64,000 nt of DNA from Methanoregula sp. (GTDB taxonomy: Archaea > Halobacteriota > Methanomicrobia > Methanomicrobiales > Methanospirillaceae). Shown piece after piece: positions 9,908 to 20,385 of the stretch (position 1 is its first letter; each line of letters begins with the position of its first letter). The stretch lies in assembly GCA_041662685.1 (NCBI GenBank), contig JBAZRZ010000003.1:1372-65371 (forward strand). Reading direction: 5' to 3'. The notes below the pieces were generated by a model. That model made no database searches, had not been told where the DNA came from, and saw only the letters and a program-made list of their open reading frames with translations. The translations under genes and the position numbers were made by a program.

Positions 9908-11005
9908 TCAGATCGATTCGGGAGTCATACCCGCACGGGTTGTACGGGGCTTCCTGACTGTCCGTTTCCGTTTGGGTTTTTTGACTTTCTCGGAGTCGTC
10001 ATCATCATCATTCATCTCCATCTCTTCGGGATCATGCCTGATGGGAGACCGGATATCCACAACCTTCTTCTTATCCACCGGTTCCGGCTTGCGTAACAAT
10101 ATTTCTGCGAGCACCGCATCGACACCGTCCCCGGTCTTGGTGGACATCGTTATGTACCCTTCCGCCCCGACAATATCCGACTTGTTGGCAACAACGATCA
10201 TTGGCACGTCAACCATTCCGGCCACTTCATCGCGCAGGTGAAGCTGGACTTCCATGGGATAGCCGCAGTGTTCCGAGGGATCGAGGATGAAGACCACCAG
10301 ATCTGCGACATTCATCATTGCAGAGAGTGCCTGCCGCTCGATTTGGTTGCGTTCTTCTGCCGGACGATCGAGGATACCCGGTGTATCTACGAACTGGATT
10401 CGCTCGCGGGGGAGATCCCGGTGACCGATGATGATTCCTTTGGTAGTGAAGGGGTATGCTGCCACGTCCGGGGCTGCCGAGGAGACCCGTTTGATGAACG
10501 AGGATTTCCCGACATTGGGGTAGCCTGCAATCACGATGGTGTACGCATCCTCTACATGGGGGAGATGGCGCAGGACATTTCTCACTTCGTTTAAGAAGAG
10601 CAGGTCCTTATCGATCTGGTGCACCATGGAAGCGAGCCGGGCCACCGCGCGTTTGCGCACAATGAGGGTGTCGGCAGCCTTGCGGGACTGCCCTGCCAGT
10701 TGGTTTCCAATCATCTTCGTATGCTTGGCTGCCCAGCCCACTGCCCCGAAGGCCATCTTTATTTTTTCAATTCCGTAGAGGATATCGGCCAGTTCCCGGT
10801 AAAACGGGGGGAGTTTATCAAATTCGGGAAATCCCCGTATAATATAAACAAGGCGATCGTGAACCGCTGCACCAACAGCCCGGACGAACTCTTCGTTCGC
10901 GCGCTCCTTGTTGGTCTTCTCTTTCATCTTTTTAGCTGCACGGCGAAAACTCCGGTCAAGGATCTCATCCGCAGTTGGCACCGTTGGCATTGTTTCGAAT
11001 TCCAT
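9908..11005 (-). CDS. NOG1-family GTP-binding protein
   Basis: Contains G1 GYPNVGKSS, G3 DTPG, G4 NKSD, an N-terminal NOG1 region and an acidic/basic C-terminal tail. The start is taken at MEFETMPTVPTADEILD; Met at 10990 is an alternative. Confidence 0.85.
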   Translation of the reverse strand: MEFETMPTVPTADEILDRSFRRAAKKMKEKTNKERANEEFVRAVGAAVHDRLVYIIRGFPEFDKLPPFYRELADILYGIEKIKMAFGAVGWAAKHTKMIGNQLAGQSRKAADTLIVRKRAVARLASMVHQIDKDLLFLNEVRNVLRHLPHVEDAYTIVIAGYPNVGKSSFIKRVSSAAPDVAAYPFTTKGIIIGHRDLPRERIQFVDTPGILDRPAEERNQIERQALSAMMNVADLVVFILDPSEHCGYPMEVQLHLRDEVAGMVDVPMIVVANKSDIVGAEGYITMSTKTGDGVDAVLAEILLRKPEPVDKKKVVDIRSPIRHDPEEMEMNDDDDDSEKVKKPKRKRTVRKPRTTRAGMTPESI

Positions 11006-11017
11006 AAATCGCCTACC

Positions 11018-11028
11018 TATATATTTAT
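11018..11028. promoter_or_regulatory. TATA-box-like element in a divergent promoter
   Basis: TATATATTTAT lies about 25-30 nt upstream of the ATG at 11052 and between the divergent NOG1 and HTH-CBS genes. Confidence 0.4.
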
Positions 11029-11051
11029 GGACCGTCATACGGTATATCGTT

Positions 11052-11936
11052 ATGGACCTGTCCCTAATCCAAAAAGATATCCTAATCACCCTCATCACCC
11101 TCTACCACCTGTAGTCCCACTCCATCAAGGGGGAGGAGATCGCCGATCTCATCCAGCGCAACCCGGGGACCGTGCGCAACCAGATGCAGTCGTTAAAAGC
11201 GATCGGGCTTGTGGACGGTGTGCCCGGTCCGAAAGGGGGGTACATTCCCACAGGTCTTGCCTACCGGGAACTCAACCTGAATGTTTCTGAAGATGGCGAT
11301 TATGATGTCGCTATCAGCAAAAACGGGGTTGTGGTCAACGGGGCAAATGTCCAGGAGATTGCTTTTAACACCCTCTACCATCCGGATGTCTGTCATGCAG
11401 TGATCAAACTGGTCGGGAGTGCCAAACTTTTTGATATCGGCGATCAGGTAACCGTTGGTCCTACACCGGTCAACAAGCTCCTGATCCGGGGCGAGGTATT
11501 TGGCAGAGATGAGTCCAAACAATCTCTTCTCATTGCCACCTCATAGATCATTTCGCTTCCCAAGAAACCGATCAGGGCCTACATGAGCAGCCCGCTCAAA
11601 ACCCTGACCCGTGCAAACACGCTTCAGGATGCTCTGGTCCTTTTTAACCATGAACATATTCACGGAGCCCCGATTCTTGAAAACGGGAAACTCTCGGGCA
11701 TTATCACGATGAGTGATATCGCAAAATCCATAGAAAAAAAAAAACTGCCCATGACGACAAAAGTTTCGGAAGTGATGACAACTGATGTCGTGGAAGCTCC
11801 TGCAGATACCCGGCTTTTTGAAGTGATCCGCAGGTTCAAGGAGCGGGAGATCGGGCGGCTGATCGTTGTGGAGAACGGGATACCTGTCGGGATTATTACC
11901 CAGTCCGATATCATCAGGGTATTTCCCGCGCTCTAA
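11052..11936 (+). pseudogene. HTH + CBS-pair regulatory protein interrupted by two in-frame TAG codons
   Basis: Three consecutive stop-to-stop segments in one frame read [66 protein letters not shown]...LLIATS-TAG-IISLPKKPIRAYMSSPLKTL..., ending in a CBS pair. The first TAG (11112-11114) falls inside the winged-helix domain. The second is at 11544-11546. Confidence 0.6.
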
Positions 11937-11989
11937 ATAGAACATCTTTAGATATTTTTAAATGAAATTGTATGGGTGGAGAAGTATCT

Positions 11990-12199
11990 ATGACAGAATT
12001 ATCCCTGGCTGCAGTTGAACGAATTATCAAAAAGACCGGTGCCGAGCGTGTCAGTGCTGACACCTGCGAGACTCTTGAAGAACTGATGGAAGGGTACGGG
12101 ACATTCCTGGCAAAAGAGGCCAAGAAGATGTCAGACCATGCGGGCAGGAAAACCATGCGTGGATCAGATATCAGAATGGCTGCTGATATGTTCAAATGA
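11990..12199 (+). CDS. archaeal histone (HMf family)
   Basis: About 69 aa: ELSLAAVERIIKKTGAERVSADTCETL...AKEAKKMSDHAGRKTMRGSDIRMA. This is a typical histone fold. Confidence 0.85.
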   Translation: MTELSLAAVERIIKKTGAERVSADTCETLEELMEGYGTFLAKEAKKMSDHAGRKTMRGSDIRMAADMFK

Positions 12200-12287
12200 C
12201 CCCAATCGGGTGATTAATCTTAAAAACAACTCTTTTTGTCCCGTCCTTTTAGAACAGTTTAAATATTTATACGACGTCAATTTTTTT

Positions 12288-12542
12288 ATGACTCGTGTAT
12301 TTGCCCGCACCCTTTCGCGCAAGAAGATTATGAGCAACGATGGTAAGCTTGTCGGTACCTTAAAAAACATTAGGGTCGATCTTGATTCAGGACAGGTTCT
12401 CGAGATGCTTGTCCACCCTGATCAGACATTCGACACGGCAAATTATGATATGGAAGATGACAAGATCTTAAAAATTTCCTTTGAAGCGGTAAAGGATATC
12501 AAGGATTATATTGTCGTCGATCGCTTTGCGGCGCGAAGGTAG
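12288..12542 (+). CDS. PRC-barrel domain protein
   Basis: 84 aa: LSRKKIMSNDGKLVGTLKNIRVDLDSGQVLEMLV...DYIVVD, a PRC-barrel-like pattern. Confidence 0.55.
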   Translation: MTRVFARTLSRKKIMSNDGKLVGTLKNIRVDLDSGQVLEMLVHPDQTFDTANYDMEDDKILKISFEAVKDIKDYIVVDRFAARR

Positions 12543-13223
12543 GACTCATATTTTTCTATCACTTCTACAAATCCATCCCCATATTCTTTTTCTGCAACAT
12601 ACTGTGCCGCTGCCTTGATATCCTTGTGACCATTTGCTACGGTTGCTCCGATGCCGGCAGTTGTCAGCACCTGGATATCGTTGAGTGAATCTCCGATAGC
12701 AACAAAATCTGAAGGTAACATCTGCATCTCCAGTGCCAGTGCATGAAGGGCCGTTCCCTTATTCACTCCGGGGGACTGCAAGTGGATGGCATACCCGGTA
12801 TCGAGCACCTGTACCGGGTATTCTTTTAAGAGCATTTTCACTTCATCGACCGGTACTGTGCGGCCAAATGCCAGATCGAAATAGCGATAGGTGGGGCTGT
12901 AGAGCTCCAGTTCTATTCCCTTCGTGCGGTAATTCATCTGGAGTGATTCCAGTGCAGTAACGGCATACCTCCTGATCGCCCCTGATGCGTGGGGTGCCGG
13001 TGAATCCGACCCGGAACACCCCGCCGTTCTCTGCAATGAGGGTGCCGTGGGTACCGATCATTTTACAGAGAGCATCCATAAAGCAGGACGTGTTCCCGCT
13101 TGCAAGTACTACTTCAATTCCATCGTCTACAAGAGACCTGATAGTATTGATCGCACCGGTATTGATCCGGCGGGACGAATCCGTGATCGTCCCATCAATA
13201 TCTGTCAGGACCGCTTTTAGCAC
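12506..13223 (-). pseudogene. HAD-family phosphatase (phosphoglycolate phosphatase-like), frameshifted
   Basis: The N-terminal ORF has DIDGTIT (HAD motif I) and ASGN. The C-terminal ORF has KG (motif III) and GDSLNDI (motif IV). The two ORFs overlap in different frames around 12975-12995. Confidence 0.7.
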
Positions 13224-14194
13224 GACTTGAGACCTGCCTCTTCGACAATGAACGGTGCTTCTCCCTCGGGAAGGTTGGGGCTGTCCACGAGACGTGCAAT
13301 ACGTTTGCCTCCTTTGCTCTTGCGCAGGTAGAGACGGAACGTGGCCGTGTGTCCGACAATGTTGCCGCCGATAGGCTTTGTCGGATCTCCAAAGAAGACT
13401 GCCGGGTTGGACATGACCTGGTTGGTTACGAGCCCTACACCATTGTGCTCATCGATGAGCTTGAAGAGTTCGTGCATGTGCCGGTTCAACTTCTGCTGGC
13501 GGGTGGCAAGAGTGCCCCTACCGGCATATTCTGCCCGGAAATGAGCAGTGAGTGAGTCGATGATGAAGAGTTTGACCGGTTTGTCGCTGTCTTTGAGTTC
13601 TGCCGCGAGATCGCGGGAGTTCTCCACAAGCAGCATCTGGTGGTCGGAGGTATGGGCCCGGGCAATATGAATATTTTGCAAAAATTCCTCAACATCCGGG
13701 ATATTATCCAGACCCAGACCGTTGACCATCTGCTCGATACGCTCGGGACGGAAGGTATTCTCCGTATCGATGTAGATGGCGCTTCCGCCCAGTCCTCCCA
13801 ACTCTGTGGGAAGCTGCACGTTGACTGCCATCTGGTGGACGATCTGACTCTTACCGGAACCAAATTCACCGTACATTTCGGTGATTGCCTGTGTCTCCAT
13901 GCCTCCGCCAAGCAGGGCGTCAAGTTCAGGAACGCGGAAGGACAGTTTTTTGATATCCTTTCTCTGTTCAAAGATGTCTTTTCCTGTCTTGAACCCGCCG
14001 ATATCGGCAGCTTCGCGGGCCGCTTTGATGATCTTTTTTGCGGTTGACTCAGAGATTTCTGATACTTCCGAGAGTTCTGCCGGCGATGCGGTTGCGATAC
14101 TTTCCACCGAGAGGTAACCAGCTTCGCGGAGCTTGTCTGCGGTGCTCGGGCCGACGCCCGGTAAATCTTCAATGCTTAATGGTCCTTCAGCCAT
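13217..14194 (-). CDS. radA: DNA repair and recombination protein RadA
   Basis: HhH N-terminus ([20 protein letters not shown]), Walker [10 protein letters not shown] and Walker B LFIIDS. Confidence 0.92.
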   Translation of the reverse strand: MAEGPLSIEDLPGVGPSTADKLREAGYLSVESIATASPAELSEVSEISESTAKKIIKAAREAADIGGFKTGKDIFEQRKDIKKLSFRVPELDALLGGGMETQAITEMYGEFGSGKSQIVHQMAVNVQLPTELGGLGGSAIYIDTENTFRPERIEQMVNGLGLDNIPDVEEFLQNIHIARAHTSDHQMLLVENSRDLAAELKDSDKPVKLFIIDSLTAHFRAEYAGRGTLATRQQKLNRHMHELFKLIDEHNGVGLVTNQVMSNPAVFFGDPTKPIGGNIVGHTATFRLYLRKSKGGKRIARLVDSPNLPEGEAPFIVEEAGLKSC

Positions 14195-14275
14195 TTCTTT
14201 ACAACTCCTATGGCACAACAAGATGTTATACACTCGCATATAACCCAACGGAGTGCGTGGTGTGAAAGTGTGATT

Positions 14276-15577
14276 TCAGCCTTTGAGACCGTCATTGAAT
14301 CTCTGGAGATGTGCCAGCACCTCATCAGGCTTGAGAACAACCGGCTCTGCCCCTTCCGGAATAATCCGGCTGCCTTTGAGGAGTCCTGTGACCGTAAGCC
14401 CGGTACCGTGCGGAAAACTGCCCTCAATCAGGTAGCGGTCCGTGCCATTATCGATAAACGTGCAGCCCTGCCCGTGAATGATGGTTCCGGAAAAAACAAT
14501 GGGCTGTGCCGCTTCATCCGGCACCCGGAATGCGCTGCCCCGTCCCACGCCCAGTTCAATTCCCCCGAACCGCCCGGGTTTGGCGGTTGCGTGATAGGCT
14601 TCCACCCGGTCACCCGCTTTTAATGGCACAAGGGCGAAATCTCCCCAGAGGACCAGCTTGAGTTCCTCGCCCTCCTCACTGATGATGATATTTCTTACCC
14701 AGGATGCAGTGCCGTTCCGGGTGGTGAAAGTGCGGGGCTGCTGCATCTGTTTCACCTGCCCTTTAACCGAGAAAATCCCCTGGTTGCTCACGGAACCAAG
14801 CGGTGTGAATGGTACGGAAACTACTGTATCCGATACCGTGACCGAGCTCGTCTCATCAAGGCTGTAATCCCTGCCCTCACTTTTGTTGTTGGGCTTTGCA
14901 CCGCTGATGTGCACTGTAGTGCCAGAAGCGATATCGCACAGCAGTTCCGGCGTCCATGCTACGAGCCGTGCTGAACCTTTATCATCGCCGATCACGGCTT
15001 CCACCATCTCGCTGGTGGTCCCGTCCCTGCGGGTGAACGTGCGGGGTTCATTGATACTGATCACTACTGCATCGAGATCTACCGGTTCATTGGAGAGACT
15101 GCCTGCACCTGCACCCTGTACCGGCAGGGAGCAGCTGATCTCGCAGCTTGCCTGGCGCAGGGCAAGGGCATAGATCTCTTTTGTGCTCTTTCCCGGGTGA
15201 CGGCCTATGATTTCCAGCACGTCGCCAATGGCCACATCAATTGCCGCGCCGGCCTTCTCGTCCCAGAGCACTACCCGCGTGGTCCCCGTTTCGTCACCTA
15301 ACAGCAGGGTGGCAACCCAGCCCTTCTCGCCATCAGCCCGGTCAAATTCTTTGGGCTCGGTCTTGTCAACGACTTTTCCGAAAAAAGAAAAGAGGCTGGA
15401 CTTTCCGCTCAGCCCCTTGATCTTCACATGCTGCCGGCCCAGTTCACCGATCACCAGCATGGCAGCGGTCGGTTCATCGACCAGATCGCCGCACTCTTCG
15501 ATCTTTGCATCTACGCGCCGTTCGAACTCCTCGGTCGTGATCAGGTCATCGACCAGCGCATAGTGAAAGAGGACCAT
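14276..15577 (-). CDS. replication protein A-like ssDNA-binding protein (multiple OB folds)
   Basis: 433 aa with repeated OB-fold-like modules (pattern ...R.F.R.DG....V......GD..G..R.V.W...). Confidence 0.7.
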   Translation of the reverse strand: MVLFHYALVDDLITTEEFERRVDAKIEECGDLVDEPTAAMLVIGELGRQHVKIKGLSGKSSLFSFFGKVVDKTEPKEFDRADGEKGWVATLLLGDETGTTRVVLWDEKAGAAIDVAIGDVLEIIGRHPGKSTKEIYALALRQASCEISCSLPVQGAGAGSLSNEPVDLDAVVISINEPRTFTRRDGTTSEMVEAVIGDDKGSARLVAWTPELLCDIASGTTVHISGAKPNNKSEGRDYSLDETSSVTVSDTVVSVPFTPLGSVSNQGIFSVKGQVKQMQQPRTFTTRNGTASWVRNIIISEEGEELKLVLWGDFALVPLKAGDRVEAYHATAKPGRFGGIELGVGRGSAFRVPDEAAQPIVFSGTIIHGQGCTFIDNGTDRYLIEGSFPHGTGLTVTGLLKGSRIIPEGAEPVVLKPDEVLAHLQRFNDGLKG

Positions 15578-15589
15578 GGGGCACTCCGC

Positions 15590-16882
15590 CTACCGCTGCC
15601 AGGCAGGGCGTTCCATGGTGGCGGTGATATCCGCAACTGTCTCGCCCCTGCGCATGAGTCCTGCCTGCGTTCCCTTGATTAGCACTTCGGGGCAGCGTGG
15701 GCGGCTGTTGTACTGTGACGACATTGCAAACCCGTATGCACCAGCATCGAGCACCGCGATGATATCACCGGCTGCAAGTTCGGGAAGTTTCCGGTCGGGT
15801 GCAAGGATATCGCCGGTCTCGCAGATTGGACCGGTTATGGTGTACTCTGTGGTGAGCGGGGCATCTGCCTTGTTTGCGACAATGACCTCATGGTAGGCGT
15901 CATACATCGCAGGCCGTATGAGCAGGTTGAAACCCGCATCCACGTTGGCAAAACGCTTGTGCGCTGATTTTGTCGAGTTGACCCGGGTGAGAAGGATAGT
16001 GGAATCTGCCACGAGTGATCGACCGGGCTCGATCCAGAGTTCCGGGGTGCTCCCGCAGGCCTCGATACCGGCTTTGAATACAGGAATGACCTTTGCGGCA
16101 TAGTCTTCCGGTGAAGGCGACGGGTCGGTATCGTGGTGGTAGGGAATTCCCAGCCCGCCACCGAGATCAATGAACTCGAGCTTCACGCCCAGGTTGGTGA
16201 GCTCCTTTGCGATCCGCACCATCACTTCGGCAGCGCGGACAAAGGGTTCGATTTCGAGAATCTGTGAACCGATATGGCAGTGAATTCCCACGGGCTGGAT
16301 ATTTTTACAGGCAAGGGCTTCCCGGTACGCTGCGGGAATCTCCTTGTGGGGGATGCCGAACTTGCTCGTGGCAAGCCCGGTAGCGATCTTCGGGTGGGTA
16401 GGGACTTCGAGTGCCGGATTGACACGGAACGCGATCTTGACGGTCTTTCCCGCAGCACGGGCTTCTGCATCGAGCTGGTGGAGTTCGTCTAACGAATCCA
16501 CTGATACTTTCACGCCTTTTTCAACCGCGAGTTTCAGGTCGGCCGGGGTCTTTGAACTACCATTGAAGAGCAGTTTTTCCGGTGCCATACCTGCTTCGAG
16601 TGCGAGATGGAGTTCCCCCGATGAGAAAATATCTGCACCCGCTCCGAGCTGTGCAAGTGCCCGCATAACGGCGAGGTTACCATTGGCTTTTGCTGCAAAG
16701 AGTACCTGGACTTTGGGGTAGCAGGCACCAAAGGCCTTTTTGTAGCTCTCGAACTGCTCGACAACCCGGTCCTCGCTCGTAACGTAAAGCGGAGTCCCGT
16801 ACTTCTCTGCAAGGGCAACGCAATTCTGCCCGCTGATATTCAGGTGTCCTTTTTGAATGGATATGTGGTGAGGGAGTTTCAC
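15590..16882 (-). CDS. lysA: diaminopimelate decarboxylase
   Basis: 430 aa with a PLP-binding Lys context (FAAKAN), HIGSQ, GGGLGI and the CETGD motif. Confidence 0.9.
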   Translation of the reverse strand: MKLPHHISIQKGHLNISGQNCVALAEKYGTPLYVTSEDRVVEQFESYKKAFGACYPKVQVLFAAKANGNLAVMRALAQLGAGADIFSSGELHLALEAGMAPEKLLFNGSSKTPADLKLAVEKGVKVSVDSLDELHQLDAEARAAGKTVKIAFRVNPALEVPTHPKIATGLATSKFGIPHKEIPAAYREALACKNIQPVGIHCHIGSQILEIEPFVRAAEVMVRIAKELTNLGVKLEFIDLGGGLGIPYHHDTDPSPSPEDYAAKVIPVFKAGIEACGSTPELWIEPGRSLVADSTILLTRVNSTKSAHKRFANVDAGFNLLIRPAMYDAYHEVIVANKADAPLTTEYTITGPICETGDILAPDRKLPELAAGDIIAVLDAGAYGFAMSSQYNSRPRCPEVLIKGTQAGLMRRGETVADITATMERPAWQR

Positions 16883-18027
16883 AGGTAAAGCCTCCGCATG
16901 CGTTCGATTGCCTCGTTGATACGTGTCACCGGTCGGGTGATGGCAAACCGCACATAGCCTTCCCCGCTGGCACCAAAGCCTACGCCTGGCGTTGCAACAA
17001 TACCGGCTTCATTGAGCAGTTTTGCCGAAAAGGCCATGCAGTCCTTGACCGGGACCCAGACATAGAAGGTTGCCTTGGGTGTGGGCACATCGAACCCGAG
17101 ACTCCGCAGACCGGCGATGAGCATGTCCCTGCGTTCCTGGTAGATGGCGCAGGCTTCTTTCACGCAGTCCTGCGACCCACGGAGTGCAGTGATGGCGGCG
17201 TGCTGCACCGCGTTGAAAATCCCGGAGTCTACGTTGGTCTTGACCCGTCCGAGTCCGGCAAGGATCTCTGCATTGCCTACAGCCATACCGATCCGCCAGC
17301 CGGTCATATTGTAGGTCTTCGAGAGCGAGTGCATCTCGATACCCACGTCCATGGCACCCTTTGTTTCCAGGAACGAGGGAGCCCGGTACCCGTCGAAGGC
17401 TATCTCGGAGTACGCATTGTCCGAGACGACGACGATATTGTTATCGGAGGCGAAGTCCACGACCTCGCGGTAAAACCCGTCAGGTGCTACTGCTGCTGTC
17501 GGGTTGTTGGGGTAATTGATGTAGATGATCTTTGCTGCCTTAGCCACCTGTTTCGGAATATTCGAAAGCACAGGAACGAAGTTGTTCTTCCGGGTGAGGG
17601 GCATCTCGTGCACCCGTCCCTCTGCAAAGAGGGTGCCCGTCCGGTAGACCGGGTAACCGGGGCTCGGGGCAAGCACATAGTCGCCGGGATTGACAAATGC
17701 CTCGGCAATATGGGCGATACCATCCTTAGAGCCCATCAGGGCAACAACCTCTTTTCCTGCGTCAAGCGTGACGCTGAACCGCTGCTTGTACCAGTCGGCA
17801 ACAGCACTCCGGTACGCAGGCATACCTACGTACGAAGGGTAGTGGTGGTTCTCCGGGTTCTTTGCAGCCTCGCAGAGCGATGCTACGATATGGGGCGGTG
17901 TGGGGAGATCCGGGTCTCCCACGCCGAGGTCGATGATGTCTACGCCTTTGTTCTGCTGTTCGGCTTTCATCTCGTCGATCCGTGCAAAAAGATACGGCGG
18001 GAGATTGCTCATGCGTGATGCGTACAT
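16879..18027 (-). CDS. dapL: LL-diaminopimelate aminotransferase (class I aminotransferase)
   Basis: 382 aa aminotransferase fold with SLSKTYNMTGWR (PLP Lys). It has a 4-nt overlap with lysA downstream. Confidence 0.75.
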   Translation of the reverse strand: MYASRMSNLPPYLFARIDEMKAEQQNKGVDIIDLGVGDPDLPTPPHIVASLCEAAKNPENHHYPSYVGMPAYRSAVADWYKQRFSVTLDAGKEVVALMGSKDGIAHIAEAFVNPGDYVLAPSPGYPVYRTGTLFAEGRVHEMPLTRKNNFVPVLSNIPKQVAKAAKIIYINYPNNPTAAVAPDGFYREVVDFASDNNIVVVSDNAYSEIAFDGYRAPSFLETKGAMDVGIEMHSLSKTYNMTGWRIGMAVGNAEILAGLGRVKTNVDSGIFNAVQHAAITALRGSQDCVKEACAIYQERRDMLIAGLRSLGFDVPTPKATFYVWVPVKDCMAFSAKLLNEAGIVATPGVGFGASGEGYVRFAITRPVTRINEAIERMRRLYL

Positions 18028-18245
18028 AAGTACCTAATTTTGGCAGTTTGACGTATAGTAGTTAACGCAAATTGTAAGGTCTTTATGTCTGCCGGGAGTG
18101 AACGGGAATATCTTTAATATGCCGCAACAAAAAAAGAGCGCTAGGGAAAGAAAGCAGTAATTATTGAGGGGTGTCATCTTGTTTATCCGGGAAAGTTACG
18201 TGAAGTGGGAAGTGCTGGACCCGCTGACATTTTAAAGGAGAGATC

Positions 18246-18572
18246 ATGGAATCCTCAGACATTGTGGTCATTTTCTGCACAATACCCGTTACTGAATCCG
18301 AAGCAATGGCCCGGGCACCGGTAGAGCGCAGGCTTGTTGCCTGTGTCAATATAGTCCCCGTGCACTCCTGCTACAGCTGGAACGAGGAGTTCTGTTCGGA
18401 GCCTGAGCACCTGCTCATTGCAAAGACGAAAGAATCGATGAAAACAGAAGTTATCACCGCGATTCGACAGTTGCACAGCTATGAGGTGCCCGAGATCATC
18501 GCAGTGCCGGTCATTGCGGGATATGCCCCCTACCTTGCAGGGGTACATGCCGAGACAAAGGATGAGGTCTGA
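18246..18572 (+). CDS. cutA: divalent-cation tolerance protein CutA
   Basis: 108 aa: LVACVNI....S.Y.W......E..LI.KT......L......HSYE.PEI. Confidence 0.85.
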   Translation: MESSDIVVIFCTIPVTESEAMARAPVERRLVACVNIVPVHSCYSWNEEFCSEPEHLLIAKTKESMKTEVITAIRQLHSYEVPEIIAVPVIAGYAPYLAGVHAETKDEV

Positions 18573-18665
18573 AACGTGACACTCATATTTCAATGGCGGG
18601 ATGCGCAAGGTTATTGCCTGTAGTGAGTAATGAAGTTGTACCAATCAGCAGGGATAGGTTAAAGC

Positions 18666-19139
18666 GTGACAGGAGAACCAACAACACAACCGGGAACTGC
18701 ACTTCTCGTGCTCGGGTGCCCGCAGGTACCGGTACAGACAAGCATTGCACTGTACCTGATCAACCGGCTTAAAAAATCGGGCATAGTGCCCACTGTTGCC
18801 GGCAACAAGGCTGCAAATATGCTTCTCGTGGTTGCAGATCCCGACCGGCATTACCTGGGCGAGGTCATGGATCTCGACCGGGCGGTGGTCATGATCACCG
18901 AGAAGAAGCGGGACTTTGACCGTTGTTTTGTCTTTATCCATAATGATGCCGGTGTTACTTATGCCGGGACGATGAGTGCGATTTCAAAGGTGAAGATTTA
19001 CACGATCATCTACGGTGAGCATTATGAGGACCTGGTAAAACAGATGGACTTCCCCTGTACCATCATTGCAGCAAAAGCCGTGCATAATCCCCTACCCTTA
19101 AAAAAAGCGCTCGATGAGGTGGCACCATGGGCTGCGTAG
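18666..19139 (+). CDS. conserved methanogen hypothetical protein (DUF1890-like, from memory)
   Basis: 157 aa soluble protein (ALLVLGCPQVPVQTSIALYLINRLKKSG). It overlaps the next gene. Confidence 0.45.
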   Translation: MTGEPTTQPGTALLVLGCPQVPVQTSIALYLINRLKKSGIVPTVAGNKAANMLLVVADPDRHYLGEVMDLDRAVVMITEKKRDFDRCFVFIHNDAGVTYAGTMSAISKVKIYTIIYGEHYEDLVKQMDFPCTIIAAKAVHNPLPLKKALDEVAPWAA

Positions 19140-19402
19140 AATCAATGGATTACGAGATCGTGCTCCGGGATGCGACTTTTAAGGAGTCCCGCGATTATAT
19201 CAAAAAAACCTATGCCGAATTCCGGGATGTAGAACCCGGGTTCAAAGTCTTTGATGTTCACGTGATCGGGCTGCCCCCGATTGCTATCGGGCTTGAAGGA
19301 GATTTTGTGATCTTTCCCTTCACCAAACCGTGTCATGGCACATTCCTCCTGCGGGTTGAGGACAAGGATGAGGCTGCACGACTGCGGGCATTAAAAAAAT
19401 GA
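19127..19402 (+). CDS. conserved methanogen hypothetical protein (DUF1894-like, from memory)
   Basis: 91 aa. Overlaps the preceding gene, so probably co-translated. An alternative start is at 19145. Confidence 0.45.
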   Translation: MGCVESMDYEIVLRDATFKESRDYIKKTYAEFRDVEPGFKVFDVHVIGLPPIAIGLEGDFVIFPFTKPCHGTFLLRVEDKDEAARLRALKK

Positions 19403-19475
19403 AGACCGGTTGTTCCGGTAAGATAGAATATATAATATATCGATATAAATTATAATATTATCAGACAGGTTTACT

Positions 19476-19862
19476 ATGACGGGCAAAGGAAAAATTCTCC
19501 TGATGGATGACGAGCAGATCATCCTTGATGTCACTCAGGAAGTCCTTAAGTTCCTTGGCTATGAAGTGATGTTTGCCCGTGAAGGGCAGGCTGCCATTGA
19601 GATCTATAAACGAGAGAAGAATGCCGGCGCTCCCTTTGATCTGGTCGTTCTCGATCTCCCCGTTCCTGATGGTATGGGGGGAAAAGAGGCAATCGGCGGG
19701 TTAAAGGCGTTTGATCCTGAGGTAAAAGCGGTTGTGTCCACCGGATATTCCAGTGATCCCGCTGTGCTGGATTTTGCCAGCTATGGTTTTTCGGGGAAAC
19801 TCACAAAACCCTACAAGATCAATGACCTGAAAATTGTCCTTGAGCAGTTGATAAAAAAATAA
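19476..19862 (+). CDS. single-domain response regulator
   Basis: 128 aa with ILLMDDE, VVLDLPVPDG, VVSTGYS and LTKP. It is preceded by a very AT-rich stretch (19423-19462). Confidence 0.85.
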   Translation: MTGKGKILLMDDEQIILDVTQEVLKFLGYEVMFAREGQAAIEIYKREKNAGAPFDLVVLDLPVPDGMGGKEAIGGLKAFDPEVKAVVSTGYSSDPAVLDFASYGFSGKLTKPYKINDLKIVLEQLIKK

Positions 19863-20385
19863 GGAAGATAAACCGCATTTTATCTGTTTTTGGTATGAAT
19901 TTTCTCAATCGCGTCTTCTGCTGAGGCAAAGATAAGGGATTTTGCTGTAGGTTCACCTCTTATGGAGAGTGCCAGTGCGCATCGTCCACTGGAGATCAGA
20001 GTTTTTTTCCTTACGCGTGGCAATAAGTGGCTGAATGGCCGGTTCACCGATCTCAGCAAGGACGAGGGTAGCACGCCAGTACACATTCTGCTCCGGCTCT
20101 TTTAATGCCCTGATCCTGAGTTTTACTGCGGTCTCACCGATATCTCTCCGTTCAAGCGCAGTTCTTCAACTACAATCCCTTACCTGTGTATGCTTTTTTT
20201 TTAAGACTCTCTTCCAGGCACTCTTATAAGGATGATAGGGAACGCTCGTCTATTCGAATATAACTATATGAATAAATCCCCCTGTGGGTAAAGTTGCTTT
20301 GACATTTTTATTACGAAAAACCGGTTTTTGTGTATACCAAATTATTTAGCCGCTCCGGCAGTATCAGAACATACGAGGATCTAAT

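Noticed and set aside
11112-11546. Pyrrolysine (TAG) recoding as the explanation for the two in-frame TAG codons
   Set aside because: I consider this unlikely but have not excluded it. TAG terminates fen and the nifH-like gene in this same window, and no pyl genes are seen. As far as I know, the lineage suggested by gene content is not known to use pyrrolysine. An in-frame TGA in hepT shows that nonsense lesions of other kinds also occur here.
12138-12287. N-terminal extension of the PRC-barrel ORF (start at 12138)
   Set aside because: The extension overlaps the histone gene 3' end and an AT-rich spacer. The internal ATG at 12288 gives a typical ~84-aa PRC-barrel protein.
17200-18018. 272-aa ORF on the plus strand
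   Set aside because: It lies entirely antisense to the well-supported dapL aminotransferase gene. The sequence is Arg/Val/Gly-rich and typical of a shadow frame in GC-rich coding DNA, with no motif.
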